Shown here one piece after another: positions 1-9,741 of a stretch of DNA of 64,000 bases; within the stretch, counting starts at the first letter, position 1; each line of letters starts with the position of its first letter. The notes beneath the pieces were generated by a model. The model was not told the origin of the DNA. It worked only from the letters and a program-made list of their open reading frames with translations, and did no database searches. This DNA comes from Candidatus Dojkabacteria bacterium. Lineage in GTDB: Bacteria; Patescibacteriota; Dojkabacteria; B142; OLB20. Location of the stretch: contig DAOMOX010000003.1 in assembly GCA_035444565.1 (NCBI GenBank), positions 31,488 through 95,487 of the forward strand, written 5' to 3'. Position numbers and translations under genes: made by a program.

Positions 1-1225
1 CTTTCAGGTTAGACCCGAAGCCAGGTGATCTATCCATGAGCAGGTTGAACCACCTCGAAAGAGGTGGGGAGGACCGAACCCGTGAATGCTGCAAAATTCT
101 GGGATGACTTGTGGATTGGAGTGACACGCTAATCGTACTTGGTGATAGCTGGTTCTCCTCGAAACAGCTTTAGGGTTGGCCTCGGTCGGTAGCATATGGA
201 GGTAGAGCTCTGAATGAATCGCGGGTCCCGTTAGGGATACCGCATTCTCTCAAACTGCGAATGCCATATGTGGAACACCGGGAGTTAGACTACGGGAGAT
301 AAGTTCCGTTGGTCGAAAGGGAAACAGCCCAGACCATCAGTTAAGGTCCCTAAATATATGCTAAGTGGCAAAGGATGTGAAATTTCATAAACAGCCAGGA
401 GGTTTGCTTAGAGGCAGCCATCCTTTAAAGAGTGCGTAACAGCTCACTGGTCTAGAAGTTTTGCGCCTATAATGTAACGGGGCTCAAGCATATTACCGAA
501 ACTATGGATTTATTATCGTGAAGATAATAAGTGGTAGAGGAGCGTTGTATTCAGCAGTGAAGGTGAGCCGTAAGGCCAGCTGGAGCGGATACAAGTGAGA
601 ATGCAGGCATGAGTAGCGCAATTCCGGTGAAAACCCGGGACACCGAATATTCAAGGTTTCCTTGGCTATGTTAATCATCCAAGGGTTAGTCGGTCCTAAG
701 CCGAGGCAGAAGTGCGTAGGCGATGGACATCAGGTTAATATTCCTGAACCGCTTTTAAATCGTTATCAACTATGGGGTGACTGATTTGGAAATGTTTTTG
801 AGTCGATAGGTCGACTTTCAAGTAGTAAGTTAGTTCTGTTTGGTAAATCCGGCAGAATGTTTCCTCGATTCGTCGAGGATGGATGCGAGCTATTACGAGA
901 AGCTGAAATCTACGGATGGAAGCAACATAAACTATTCAGGTCACAAGAAAATCCTCTATGTGAGAGTTAAAGGCGACCGTACCGCAAACCGACACAGGTG
1001 AATTGGTAGAGTATACCAAGGTGATCGAGTAACCCCTTGTTAAGGAATTCGGCAAATTTATCCCGTATCTTTGGTAGAAGGGATGCCCACTATTATTCGT
1101 AATGGTGGGTCGCAGAGAAATAGCCCAATCGACTGTTTAACAAAAACACAGGTCCCTGCTAAAGCGCAAGCTGACGTATAGGGGCTGACGCCTGCCCAAT
1201 GTCAGAAGATTACGGAAGGAGGTTA

Positions 1226-1265
1226 TCCCGCCCTCAGAACTCTTTATAGAGTCTTGAGGGCGGGA
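1226..1265. repeat. TCCCGCCCTCA...TGAGGGCGGGA hairpin at the tip of 23S helix 68
   Basis: 11-bp perfect inverted repeat replacing the short H68 apical hairpin. Confidence 0.85.
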
Positions 1266-1818
1266 GAAGCTTCTGACCTAAGTCCTGATGAATGGCGGCT
1301 GTAACTATAACGGTCCTAAGGTAGCGAAGTTCCTCGGCGCTTAATAGGCGTCCCGCATGAAAGGCGTAACGAGTTGGGCACTGTCTCAACAGGGGACTCG
1401 GCGAACATTGAAATGGCTGTGAAGATGCGGCCTACCCGCACCAGGACAAAAAGACCCCGGGATCTTTACTGTAGCTTGGCATTGAAACAATGCTTTCATT
1501 GTAGAGTGTAGGAGGGAGACTTTGAAACCCGCTCGCCAGAGTGGGTGGAGTCGCCAATGTAACACCTCCCTTTGTGTGTGTTGTTTCTTATCCCAGCCCC
1601 TGATCGGGGTGGGAGACAGTGTTTGGTGGGCAGTTTGACTGGGGCGGTTTCTTACTAAAAAGTAACGTAAGATTCCAAAGGTCGACTCAAGCTGGATGGA
1701 AATCAGCTGTAGAGCATAATGGTATAAGTCGGCTTTACTGCAAGACTGACAGGTCGAGCAGTCACGAAAGTGGGGCATAGTGACCCTTAAGTAGCGTGTG
1801 GAAGCGCTTTTGTTTAAA

Positions 1819-1849
<31 letters not shown>

Positions 1850-1884
1850 GTCTTGCCCAAGCGTCCATAGCGACGGCAAGGTTC

Positions 1885-1915
<31 letters not shown>

Positions 1916-1929
1916 AGGTGGAGAAGCTT

Positions 1930-1978
<49 letters not shown>

Positions 1979-2182
1979 AACCGACGTGAGTCAGGTTGGT
2001 CTCTATCCGGTGTGGGCGTTAGAATTCTGAGGGATCCGACCTTCAGTACGAGAGGACCAAGGTGAAGTAACCTCTGGTGCACCAGTTGTTCCACCAGGAG
2101 CATAGCTGGGTAGCCAAGTTGCTATTAGGATAAACGCTGAAAGCATATAAGCGTGAAGCCACTCCCAAGATGAGAATTCTTC

Positions 2183-2515
2183 ATCCCGCCCTGAAAGTTT
2201 ATAAATATCAGAAATATTCCAGAATTGTTAATTAAAATATCTTATGATTTTTTATGTATATATTTTAAAATCTAAAAAATTAAATAAGCTATATTTCGGC
2301 TTTACCCCGAATTTATTGGTAAGAATAAATAAACATAATTCTGGTAAAAGTCTTTTTACTTCTAAAGCCAAAGATTGGCAACTATTATATGCCGAAATGT
2401 TTATTAATAAACAAGACGCAGTTAATAGGGAACAAACGTTAAAACAGTTTGGCGGATCTTATAGAAGTTTGAAAAAAAGACTAGAAAATACTTTTATAGA
2501 TTTTCAGGGCGGGAT
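2183..2515 (+). mobile_element. rRNA insertion (IVS/intron-like) bounded by 14-bp perfect inverted repeats and carrying a GIY-YIG ORF
   Basis: ATCCCGCCCTGAAA (2183-2196) / TTTCAGGGCGGGAT (2502-2515); AT-rich interior; rRNA sequence resumes at AAAGACTCCCAGTAGACTACTGGGTTGATAGG. Confidence 0.85.
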
Positions 2516-2531
2516 AAAAGACTCCCAGTAG
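2244..2531 (+). CDS. Stand-alone GIY-YIG nuclease inside the 23S insertion
   Basis: FYVYIL...LYFGFT.NL..RI..HN.G...E...A..RE..LK pattern; stop codon lies in resumed rRNA sequence. Confidence 0.88.
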   Translation: MIFYVYILKSKKLNKLYFGFTPNLLVRINKHNSGKSLFTSKAKDWQLLYAEMFINKQDAVNREQTLKQFGGSYRSLKKRLENTFIDFQGGIKDSQ

Positions 2532-2729
2532 ACTACTGGGTTGATAGGCTCTAGGTGTAAGCCCTGTAAGGGGTTTAGCCAAGGAGATACTAATAAGTCG
2601 TAACTTAAGGAAATTTTATTGAATGTTAATGCCTTCGTATTTTTTATGAGTACGATAAAGTTCTCGTTTTTACGAGAATAGGTAGGTGAATAACTTAGAC
2701 AACTAAACCTCCATGAATTAGAATAGTTC

Positions 2730-2755
2730 ATCCCGCCCTCTGTAAAGGGCGGGAT
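2730..2755. repeat. ORF-less copy of the ATCCCGCCCT...AGGGCGGGAT palindrome in the 23S-5S spacer
   Basis: Same arms and same flanks (TTC-/-AAA) as the 2183-2515 element. Confidence 0.85.
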
Positions 2756-2883
2756 AAACTCTGGGCGAGAGCCCAGGGGACCAGACTACGTTTAAAAAAC
2801 TAAAAACGTTATGAAGTTGATAGGTCCCGGATTAAATCCGGGACACCAGACTCCGTAACAGAAAACAAGTTTTTTGAACGGAG

Positions 2884-2999
2884 TCTGGTGATTGTAGCGT
2901 AGTGGTCCCACCTCTTACCATCCCGAACAGAGAAGTGAAACACTATAGCGCCGAAGATACTCGACCGGCAACGGTCCGGGAAAATAGGTCGTCGCCAGA
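2884..2999 (+). rRNA. rrf: 5S rRNA
   Basis: CCATCCCGAAC..AGAAGTGAAAC..AGCGCCGA motifs; TCTGG/CCAGA terminal helix. Confidence 0.95.
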
Positions 3000-3002
3000 A
3001 CA

Positions 3003-3079
3003 ATCCCGCCCTCAGAAATGAGGGCGGTTTTGCGTTTAAAAACAGGAGATTTTAAGTACAACTAAACTGAGGGCGGGAT
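3003..3079 (+). terminator. rRNA-operon terminator formed by the same palindrome family, with a second distal right arm
   Basis: CCGCCCTCA-GAAA-TGAGGGCGG followed by TTTT; CTGAGGGCGGGAT at 3067-3079 is a perfect complement of 3003-3015. Confidence 0.7.
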
Positions 3080-3327
3080 AGGTTGCAAAAAATTAGGTCA
3101 ACTGTCCTTTGTTATCTCTATCCACTAAATCAAAATACTCCCACTAGATCTATGTTTCGGTAGGTCGGGAAGTATTTGCGAAAATAAATACAACTAAATC
3201 TTTCAATTAACATTAATCTCTCGCTATATTTATAATTAATCTCTATAATTTATTAGATTTATTGAAACAATTTTAGTTTGTAAAGAAATTCTATTTTATC
3301 TAGAATATAGTAGTTATAATAAAAAAA

Positions 3328-3636
3328 ATGAATGATACTGCCTATCAATCCAAATTAGACCCTACAGAAGCCTTATTAAGGATAGTCCACGGAGATACAA
3401 AAGACCTCCACATTCCCCACAAATCAATTGTCACCGGAAAAAAGATTAGAAATTCTATACTTCGAAAATTTGTAGAAAAATATAGAAGCTTGAATAAACT
3501 CACCGACAAACAGCTTATCGATGTTATAATGTCATTTGACGAGGTAGTTGAAAAGGAATTATTGACTGATGATTTATTAGAAAAAATCAGAAAAGACCCG
3601 TCAATATTGCAAAAATTTAATTCTAAAAAGAAATAG
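3328..3636 (+). CDS. Hypothetical protein
   Basis: 102-aa ORF, TATAAT just upstream, 2-bp gap to next ORF. Confidence 0.7.
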   Translation: MNDTAYQSKLDPTEALLRIVHGDTKDLHIPHKSIVTGKKIRNSILRKFVEKYRSLNKLTDKQLIDVIMSFDEVVEKELLTDDLLEKIRKDPSILQKFNSKKK

Positions 3637-3638
3637 AT

Positions 3639-5156
3639 ATGGCAAGTGACGATCAAAAAGAATTCATGCCAGATTTGACCGGAGCAGAAAATGTTGAGTT
3701 GCCTGATCCAGAATCAGCAGCTATAAGTGCAATCGTTGAGGAATTACCTGAAGGGACAGACGTTGGAATAGTCGGAGATTTAGCTTTTACTGCTGAACAA
3801 GGAGATGAAGAATTACCAACAACAGCCTCAACTCAAATCGAGGCTGGAGGGAAGGCCATAGATGTTGCACCACAACTTAATACAAATCAAAGAGTTAAAT
3901 CAACAGAAGATGCCGTTACTGCTGGCCAAGAAGCAAGACTTGCTGAGGAACAAGAGAGTTTCGCATCGGTAGATGACGGAGGGGGAAAAGAAACACCAGA
4001 CGGGGCACCAGCACCAGACGGGGCACCAGCACCAGACGGAGCACCAGCACCAGACGGAGCACCAGCACCAGATGGAGCACCTGCACCAGACGGGGCACCA
4101 GCACCAGACGGGGCACCAGCACCAGACGGGGCACCAGCACCAGATGGAGCGCCAGCACCAGATGGAGCACCTGCACCAGACGGGGCACCAGCACCAGACG
4201 GAGCACCAGCACCAACTGTGGCTGAACAAATTGACATCATACCAACCCCTCCAGCAGGTCCACCTCCGTCACCAGAAATTACACTTTTGGAGAACGAGTT
4301 AGCAGAGACGATTGATTACAGAAAAGGGGCAGGTAGATTACTAGAATTAATAAAAGATGGAAAAGTTACGCTTGAAGAAGCTGAAAAGCACGTAGGTACA
4401 ATGACTGCTGGCACTGAAAGAAAGAGAATATTTACGGAGGCTTTATCGCCGTTAGTAGCAGCGAAAGAATTCAATGACAAGGCAATAAAGGCTACAACTG
4501 TTGAAGGGATGCTTGCAGAAGTTGATAAACTTCTTAAAGATGATAGACTTTCACCTCTTGAGGCCCGATCGTTAAGGGCTGCAATAAAGGAAAAGAAAAT
4601 TGCTGTTACTAGGAATAAAGCATTGATGGTAGAGGAGAAGGCTGATATAGAAGCATCCAAAAAGTTGGCTGATGCGAGTATTAATGCTCAGAAATTAAAT
4701 AAACTAGTATTTGGGTTGAGGACGTTCGCACCAGGTATTGGGATTGCGACACTTGGTGCTGTAGTTGGTGTTTATTCAGGTAATTGGGCTCTCGCAGGTG
4801 GAATTGCAGGATTAGGTGCTGGGGTTGCTCTGTTCAGTGGAGTATCCAAGAAATGGAATCTTAGAAGTAGTGAAATCGAAAAGGCAATCCAGAATATTAA
4901 AACTGAACAATCTAGGCAATTATTAAATTACCAAAATAGACTTGCTGAAGCAAATACTCAAGTTGTCCATGGAATACGAGGAATTGCTGAAGCTACCGTG
5001 CAGATTTTTGCCGCTAAATATCCTAAACCACAAGGTATGTCTATGGATGAATATAAGGGGATTATTAGACAACAAATTAACTCTGCCAATACTGGGCAGC
5101 TGGAAGATGCGGTGAAGGCTGTAGACTTTGCATTATCTACATCATCAGATGATTAA
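3639..5156 (+). CDS. Hypothetical membrane protein: acidic N-terminus, (PDGAPA)12 repeat, Gly-rich hydrophobic hairpin, coiled coil
   Basis: 505-aa ORF; composition and hydrophobic segment GIGIATLGAVVGVYSGNWALAGGIAGLGAGVALF. Confidence 0.85.
   Translation: MASDDQKEFMPDLTGAENVELPDPESAAISAIVEELPEGTDVGIVGDLAFTAEQGDEELPTTASTQIEAGGKAIDVAPQLNTNQRVKSTEDAVTAGQEARLAEEQESFASVDDGGGKETPDGAPAPDGAPAPDGAPAPDGAPAPDGAPAPDGAPAPDGAPAPDGAPAPDGAPAPDGAPAPDGAPAPDGAPAPTVAEQIDIIPTPPAGPPPSPEITLLENELAETIDYRKGAGRLLELIKDGKVTLEEAEKHVGTMTAGTERKRIFTEALSPLVAAKEFNDKAIKATTVEGMLAEVDKLLKDDRLSPLEARSLRAAIKEKKIAVTRNKALMVEEKADIEASKKLADASINAQKLNKLVFGLRTFAPGIGIATLGAVVGVYSGNWALAGGIAGLGAGVALFSGVSKKWNLRSSEIEKAIQNIKTEQSRQLLNYQNRLAEANTQVVHGIRGIAEATVQIFAAKYPKPQGMSMDEYKGIIRQQINSANTGQLEDAVKAVDFALSTSSDD
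3996..4211 (+). repeat. 18-bp tandem repeat x12 encoding PDGAPA
   Basis: CCAGAYGGRGCRCCWGCA units; variation only at third codon positions. Confidence 0.97.
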
Positions 5157-5175
5157 ATTTTAAAGAAATAATTTC

Positions 5176-5769
5176 ATGAAGAATTACTACATTGATAAGA
5201 AAATACTAAGTATCCTTTTTAAGATTTCTGATGATGACTTGCTAGAGGAAACTAATTTATTATTTTCTGATATTCTTCTAAGATTTACGGAAGGTCTTGC
5301 AAGAGAATTTCTTACTGAGAAAAATATCAGCGAAGTCGAAATTAATGAGTATTTAGACAATTTGGAATCCGAAAACCCCAGTATCAAAGAATTATTAGCC
5401 TCACAAGAATTTATAACTAAGTTAGTAAGGTCTAGAAACGAATTCTTGAAGAAAATTTATGATACATATCTTCCAGAGGTTTCAGAAGAAGGGAAGAGAG
5501 AATTAGAATCGTATATAGAGTTATTAGAGCTAGATAATAAAGGACAAATAGATAATATGAGAATGGTATTAGATTTAAATCAAAGGAAGGATAAATTTAT
5601 ACAAGAAGGAACATTAACCAAAGAAAGTTTCGATCAAATAATCGACGAGGAGATCAACAAGTTAGATAACACGGACGAAACCCAGACCCCAGAGGCCACC
5701 GATGCAAATCAACCTGTGCAGTCAGCTCCGTCTGACTCTCAAAATGTACCAACCCAAGTATCACAATAA
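5176..5769 (+). CDS. Hypothetical acidic helical protein
   Basis: 197-aa ORF co-oriented and closely spaced with the repeat-protein gene. Confidence 0.75.
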   Translation: MKNYYIDKKILSILFKISDDDLLEETNLLFSDILLRFTEGLAREFLTEKNISEVEINEYLDNLESENPSIKELLASQEFITKLVRSRNEFLKKIYDTYLPEVSEEGKRELESYIELLELDNKGQIDNMRMVLDLNQRKDKFIQEGTLTKESFDQIIDEEINKLDNTDETQTPEATDANQPVQSAPSDSQNVPTQVSQ

Positions 5770-5889
5770 TTGTTGATATTGTAGATTGTAATTTCTGTGT
5801 GTTATAATTACCCCAGAAAGCGCTAGGCTCTTCTTTTTGTATCAGTCGATGATAAAGAGGAAAATCCAAAAGCATAGCGGAAATTCATA

Positions 5890-7119
5890 ATGAAAAGCGA
5901 GAAAAACCAAATCCAGACTAAACTGGATACCTATTTGGAAGGACTTACAGAACCTCCAAAAACATTCAAACGAGGAGAAATCATCACCGGCAATATTGTC
6001 AAAATATTAAAAGGTGAAATCTTGGTTGATGTTGGTGGTAGGGCAGAAGGAGTCGTTTCAGGTAGAGAGACCAAATTAGAAGGTGAAAAACCAAACTTCA
6101 AAGAAGGAGATGAAATTCTAGTTTACGTAATCAAAGGTGAAAACGAACTAGGACAAATCGAACTTTCCATTCGCAGAACAGGTACAGCACGTAAATGGTT
6201 CATGCTCTCAAAAGCAGAAACCAGCGATGAGGCTGTCACTGTCACTGTCATCGAAGCAAACACAGGAGGTGTTATCGTAGACATCGGTGGAGGACTTCGT
6301 GGTTTTGTACCTACATCACAGCTCGAACATTCACGAATCTATCCTCTTGGTGGATACTCCAATAAAAAAGACGCTGACAAAGAACTGCAAACAAAACTTG
6401 CAGAACTTATCGGCCAGGAATTGGATGTAAAAGTCATCGAGATAGATCGCGAAAAGAACAGAGTCATCTTCTCCGAGAAGAAAGTCACCAATGCAGGTGA
6501 ACTCGATAAACGAGCAGAAACTCTTGTCCGTGTGAAAGTTGGCGATGCACTCGAAGGTGAAATCACCGGTATTGCACCATTCGGTCTTTTTGTAAATGCA
6601 GAAGGACTAGAAGGTTTGGTTCATTTGTCCGAAATATCATGGGATAAAGTTGTTAATCCAGCTGACTTCCATAATGTCGGAGACAAAGTCAAAGTCCAAA
6701 TCATCGGAATAGAAGACGGTGGTAAAAGAGTCGCTTACTCGATTAAAAGACTACTAGAAGATCCATGGGATCAAATAGTGAAAGACTACAAAGTTGGTCA
6801 GAGAGTTAGTGGTGAAATTACCAAGATTGTTGACTATGGAGCTTTCGTCAGAATCGGAGACGGTTTAAATGGATTAGTTCATATTTCTGAACTTTCCGAC
6901 AAATTGGTCCGAAATCCTGAGAAGATTGTCGAAATGGGCAAAACCTACGAACTTGAGATTATTTCTATCTCCAAAGAAGAAAGACATCTAGGATTGAGTT
7001 TGAAAAGAGCTCAATCAGAATCTTCAGAGAAAGTTTCTACAAAAAAGAAAACAAGTAAAAAAGATGATGACTCATCACTCGAACTTGAGAGATTAAATGA
7101 ATTCTTAGGGGAAGAGTAA
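5890..7119 (+). CDS. rpsA: 30S ribosomal protein S1 (four S1 domains)
   Basis: Repeated S1 motifs such as FGLFV..EGLVHLSEISW and YGAFV..GLVHISELS. Confidence 0.93.
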   Translation: MKSEKNQIQTKLDTYLEGLTEPPKTFKRGEIITGNIVKILKGEILVDVGGRAEGVVSGRETKLEGEKPNFKEGDEILVYVIKGENELGQIELSIRRTGTARKWFMLSKAETSDEAVTVTVIEANTGGVIVDIGGGLRGFVPTSQLEHSRIYPLGGYSNKKDADKELQTKLAELIGQELDVKVIEIDREKNRVIFSEKKVTNAGELDKRAETLVRVKVGDALEGEITGIAPFGLFVNAEGLEGLVHLSEISWDKVVNPADFHNVGDKVKVQIIGIEDGGKRVAYSIKRLLEDPWDQIVKDYKVGQRVSGEITKIVDYGAFVRIGDGLNGLVHISELSDKLVRNPEKIVEMGKTYELEIISISKEERHLGLSLKRAQSESSEKVSTKKKTSKKDDDSSLELERLNEFLGEE

Positions 7120-7139
7120 TAAGCCGTTAAAACAACTTA

Positions 7140-7183
7140 AACGAGGGGCTGTATACAGAATGTACTCAGTCTCTCGTTTTTTT
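7140..7183 (+). terminator. Intrinsic terminator after rpsA
   Basis: AACGAGGGGCTG...CAGTCTCTCGTT stem followed by a T run. Confidence 0.7.
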
Positions 7184-7246
7184 GTTACAAGTTGATTTGT
7201 TCAATATGTTAAGATTAAGTAACCTTATTTTGAGACCGTAATTTCT

Positions 7247-9736
7247 ATGAAAAATCAGGAATCCGTAAATGACAACATTAAAAACTTATCCAGATTGACT
7301 CGAAATCTTACGAAAGTTTTATTAAATTCATTTGAACTCGCTAGAAGAAAAGGTGCGAAGGAAATTTCCGCGACAGAGATATTTACCTCAATCCTTTCAA
7401 ATACTAATTGTATAGCAAGTAGATTATTAATAAGGCTTGGTATGGACATTGATGCCACCAAAGCATCTCTTGAAGAAAATTATACATCGAACGAAATTAT
7501 TAACTTCGCCCCAGAACTTGGTGAAAATGCGAGGCATCTATTAACTAGAAGTTTTCTTATTGCGAGTGAGCTTGGGCATGTTTATGTAGGAACAGAGCAT
7601 ATGCTACTTGCCATACTGCAGGAGGAGGATTTGGAATTTGTGAAAGAACTTTCTGCGAATGGGTTAACATACGAGTTTGTAAAAGGTGCAATGTTGAACT
7701 TCGGAGTTTATCAGCCAGGGGTATTCGCAGATAGCGATGAAAAACTCGAAGATGAAGAGAAACAAGAGAATATATACTTCTTCGCTCGCGATATGAACAA
7801 ACTGGCCCAAGAAGGAAGATATTTGAAGGTTTGGGGAAGAGATGAGGAAATAGAGAGGATGATTCATATTTTGTCACGAAAAACAAAGAACAATCCAATT
7901 ATAGTTGGCGAAGCCGGAGTGGGAAAAACTGCGATAGTTGAGGGATTAGTGCAGAGAATACTCGAAGGAAAAGTTCCATCATCGTTTAGAAATAAAACAA
8001 TTATTCAATTGGACTTATCAGCGATTTTGGCTGGTAGCAAGATTCGTGGAGATGTTGAGGAAAGACTTTTATCAATTATAGATGACTTGGCACAGCATCC
8101 TGATTGGATTGTGTTCATAGATGAAATCCATATGATAGTAGGAGCTGGAGCTGCTGGCTCTGGTGGATCTATGGACATCGCAAATATGCTTAAACCCCAT
8201 TTAACAAGCGGGGATATTAGAGTAATTGGTGCTACAACTTATGACGAATTTCAGAAACATATTGAGGATGACCCAGCTCTGGAAAGACGTTTCCAACCTG
8301 TGATGGTTGATGAGTTATCTGCCGAGGATTCGAAGAAAGTCTTGAAATTATTGAGACCTGCCTTCGAAAAATTCCATGGAGTAAAGATTACAGATGAAGC
8401 ATTAGAGGAAGCAGTCGAATTATCAAGTCGCTACATTACAAATAAATACTTACCAGACAAGGCAATCGATGTGCTCGATGAAGCCACAGCAGGAAAGAGA
8501 ATTAGTGCGGAAAAGACAGGAACAAATATTTTGGACATAAAAAAGGAATTAAATTCAGTGAAAAGTCTTAAAGATAAAGCATTGGACAAAGGAGATATTG
8601 GCAGTGCAGTTAAACAGAGGCAAGACGAGGTAGCTTTAGAGAAAAAAATGAGTCAGGTAAATAAAACATCTAAGAAAAAGGTAAATAATAAATTAAAAAT
8701 TGAAGTAGAGGATATTAGGAAAGTTATATCTAGATGGAGCAAAATCCCCGTTGTGACAATGAAAAGTGATGACTACAAGAAATTAGTAGAGTTGGAAAAA
8801 AATCTTGAAAAGAGAATAGTAGGTCAAAATGAAGGTATTAATAAAATTTCTTCGGTTTTAAAAAGAGCCAGACTAGGATTGTCATATGAGAAAAGGCCGA
8901 TGGCTTCGTTTCTGTTCCTAGGACCTACAGGAGTGGGTAAAACTGAAACAGCAAAAGAAATTGCTAGAACGTATTTTGGTGATGAAAAAGCCCTTATCCA
9001 AGTTGATATGAGCGAGTATATGGAACAACACAGTGTTTCGAAATTAATCGGCTCTCCACCAGGGTATGTAGGTTTTCAAGAAGGTGGACAGTTAACCGAG
9101 AAAATCCGAAGAAGACCATATTCTGTTGTATTGTTTGATGAGATCGAGAAAGCCCACCCAGACTTGTTAAACATAATGCTACAGATTTTAGATGAGGGGT
9201 CTTTACAGGACGCAAAAGGTAGAAAGATAAATTTCAAAAATACTATCATCATCATGACATCAAATATCGGTGCTTCTGAAATTGGGAAAGATGATGTATT
9301 AGGATTTGGAGTAGATGATTCTGGACAGACAGATGAAAAGGTAGACAAGGCTTTCGAGCAGATGCGCGAGACATTAATGAGAGAGTTAAAAGATGAACTT
9401 CCTCCAGAATTTCTTAATAGAATCGATGATATAATCATTTTTAGAGGTCTAGATTTGGGCGATGTTCGTAAAATCACAAAGATCCTTGTTGATGAGCTCA
9501 ATCAAAGGCTTAAAGAGAAAGGTATACAAGTTGCTGTCACTCAATCTGCAGTTAAACACATTGCAGAAGCTGGTTATGATAGTGAATATGGAGCTAGAAA
9601 CGTAAGGCGTAAAATTCAGGAGTTGGTTGAAAATCCATTGGCAGATTACATTCTCGAAAACAGCATTAAACCAGACGGAAGTAGGCAAATTATCGTAAAG
9701 CTCGAAAAAGGCAAGTCGGGTTTAGTTTTAAAATAA
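7247..9736 (+). CDS. clpC: ATP-dependent Clp protease ATPase subunit ClpC
   Basis: Clp N domain, two AAA modules (GEAGVGKT, GPTGVGKT), LIGSPPGYVG. Confidence 0.95.
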   Translation: MKNQESVNDNIKNLSRLTRNLTKVLLNSFELARRKGAKEISATEIFTSILSNTNCIASRLLIRLGMDIDATKASLEENYTSNEIINFAPELGENARHLLTRSFLIASELGHVYVGTEHMLLAILQEEDLEFVKELSANGLTYEFVKGAMLNFGVYQPGVFADSDEKLEDEEKQENIYFFARDMNKLAQEGRYLKVWGRDEEIERMIHILSRKTKNNPIIVGEAGVGKTAIVEGLVQRILEGKVPSSFRNKTIIQLDLSAILAGSKIRGDVEERLLSIIDDLAQHPDWIVFIDEIHMIVGAGAAGSGGSMDIANMLKPHLTSGDIRVIGATTYDEFQKHIEDDPALERRFQPVMVDELSAEDSKKVLKLLRPAFEKFHGVKITDEALEEAVELSSRYITNKYLPDKAIDVLDEATAGKRISAEKTGTNILDIKKELNSVKSLKDKALDKGDIGSAVKQRQDEVALEKKMSQVNKTSKKKVNNKLKIEVEDIRKVISRWSKIPVVTMKSDDYKKLVELEKNLEKRIVGQNEGINKISSVLKRARLGLSYEKRPMASFLFLGPTGVGKTETAKEIARTYFGDEKALIQVDMSEYMEQHSVSKLIGSPPGYVGFQEGGQLTEKIRRRPYSVVLFDEIEKAHPDLLNIMLQILDEGSLQDAKGRKINFKNTIIIMTSNIGASEIGKDDVLGFGVDDSGQTDEKVDKAFEQMRETLMRELKDELPPEFLNRIDDIIIFRGLDLGDVRKITKILVDELNQRLKEKGIQVAVTQSAVKHIAEAGYDSEYGARNVRRKIQELVENPLADYILENSIKPDGSRQIIVKLEKGKSGLVLK

Positions 9737-9741
9737 CTTAA

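Noticed and set aside
3887-4302. Alternate-frame repeat ORFs (GAGAPS, WCWC, LVLV, HQHQ)
   Set aside because: By-products of the 18-bp repeat; third-position variation supports the PDGAPA frame of the 505-aa ORF.
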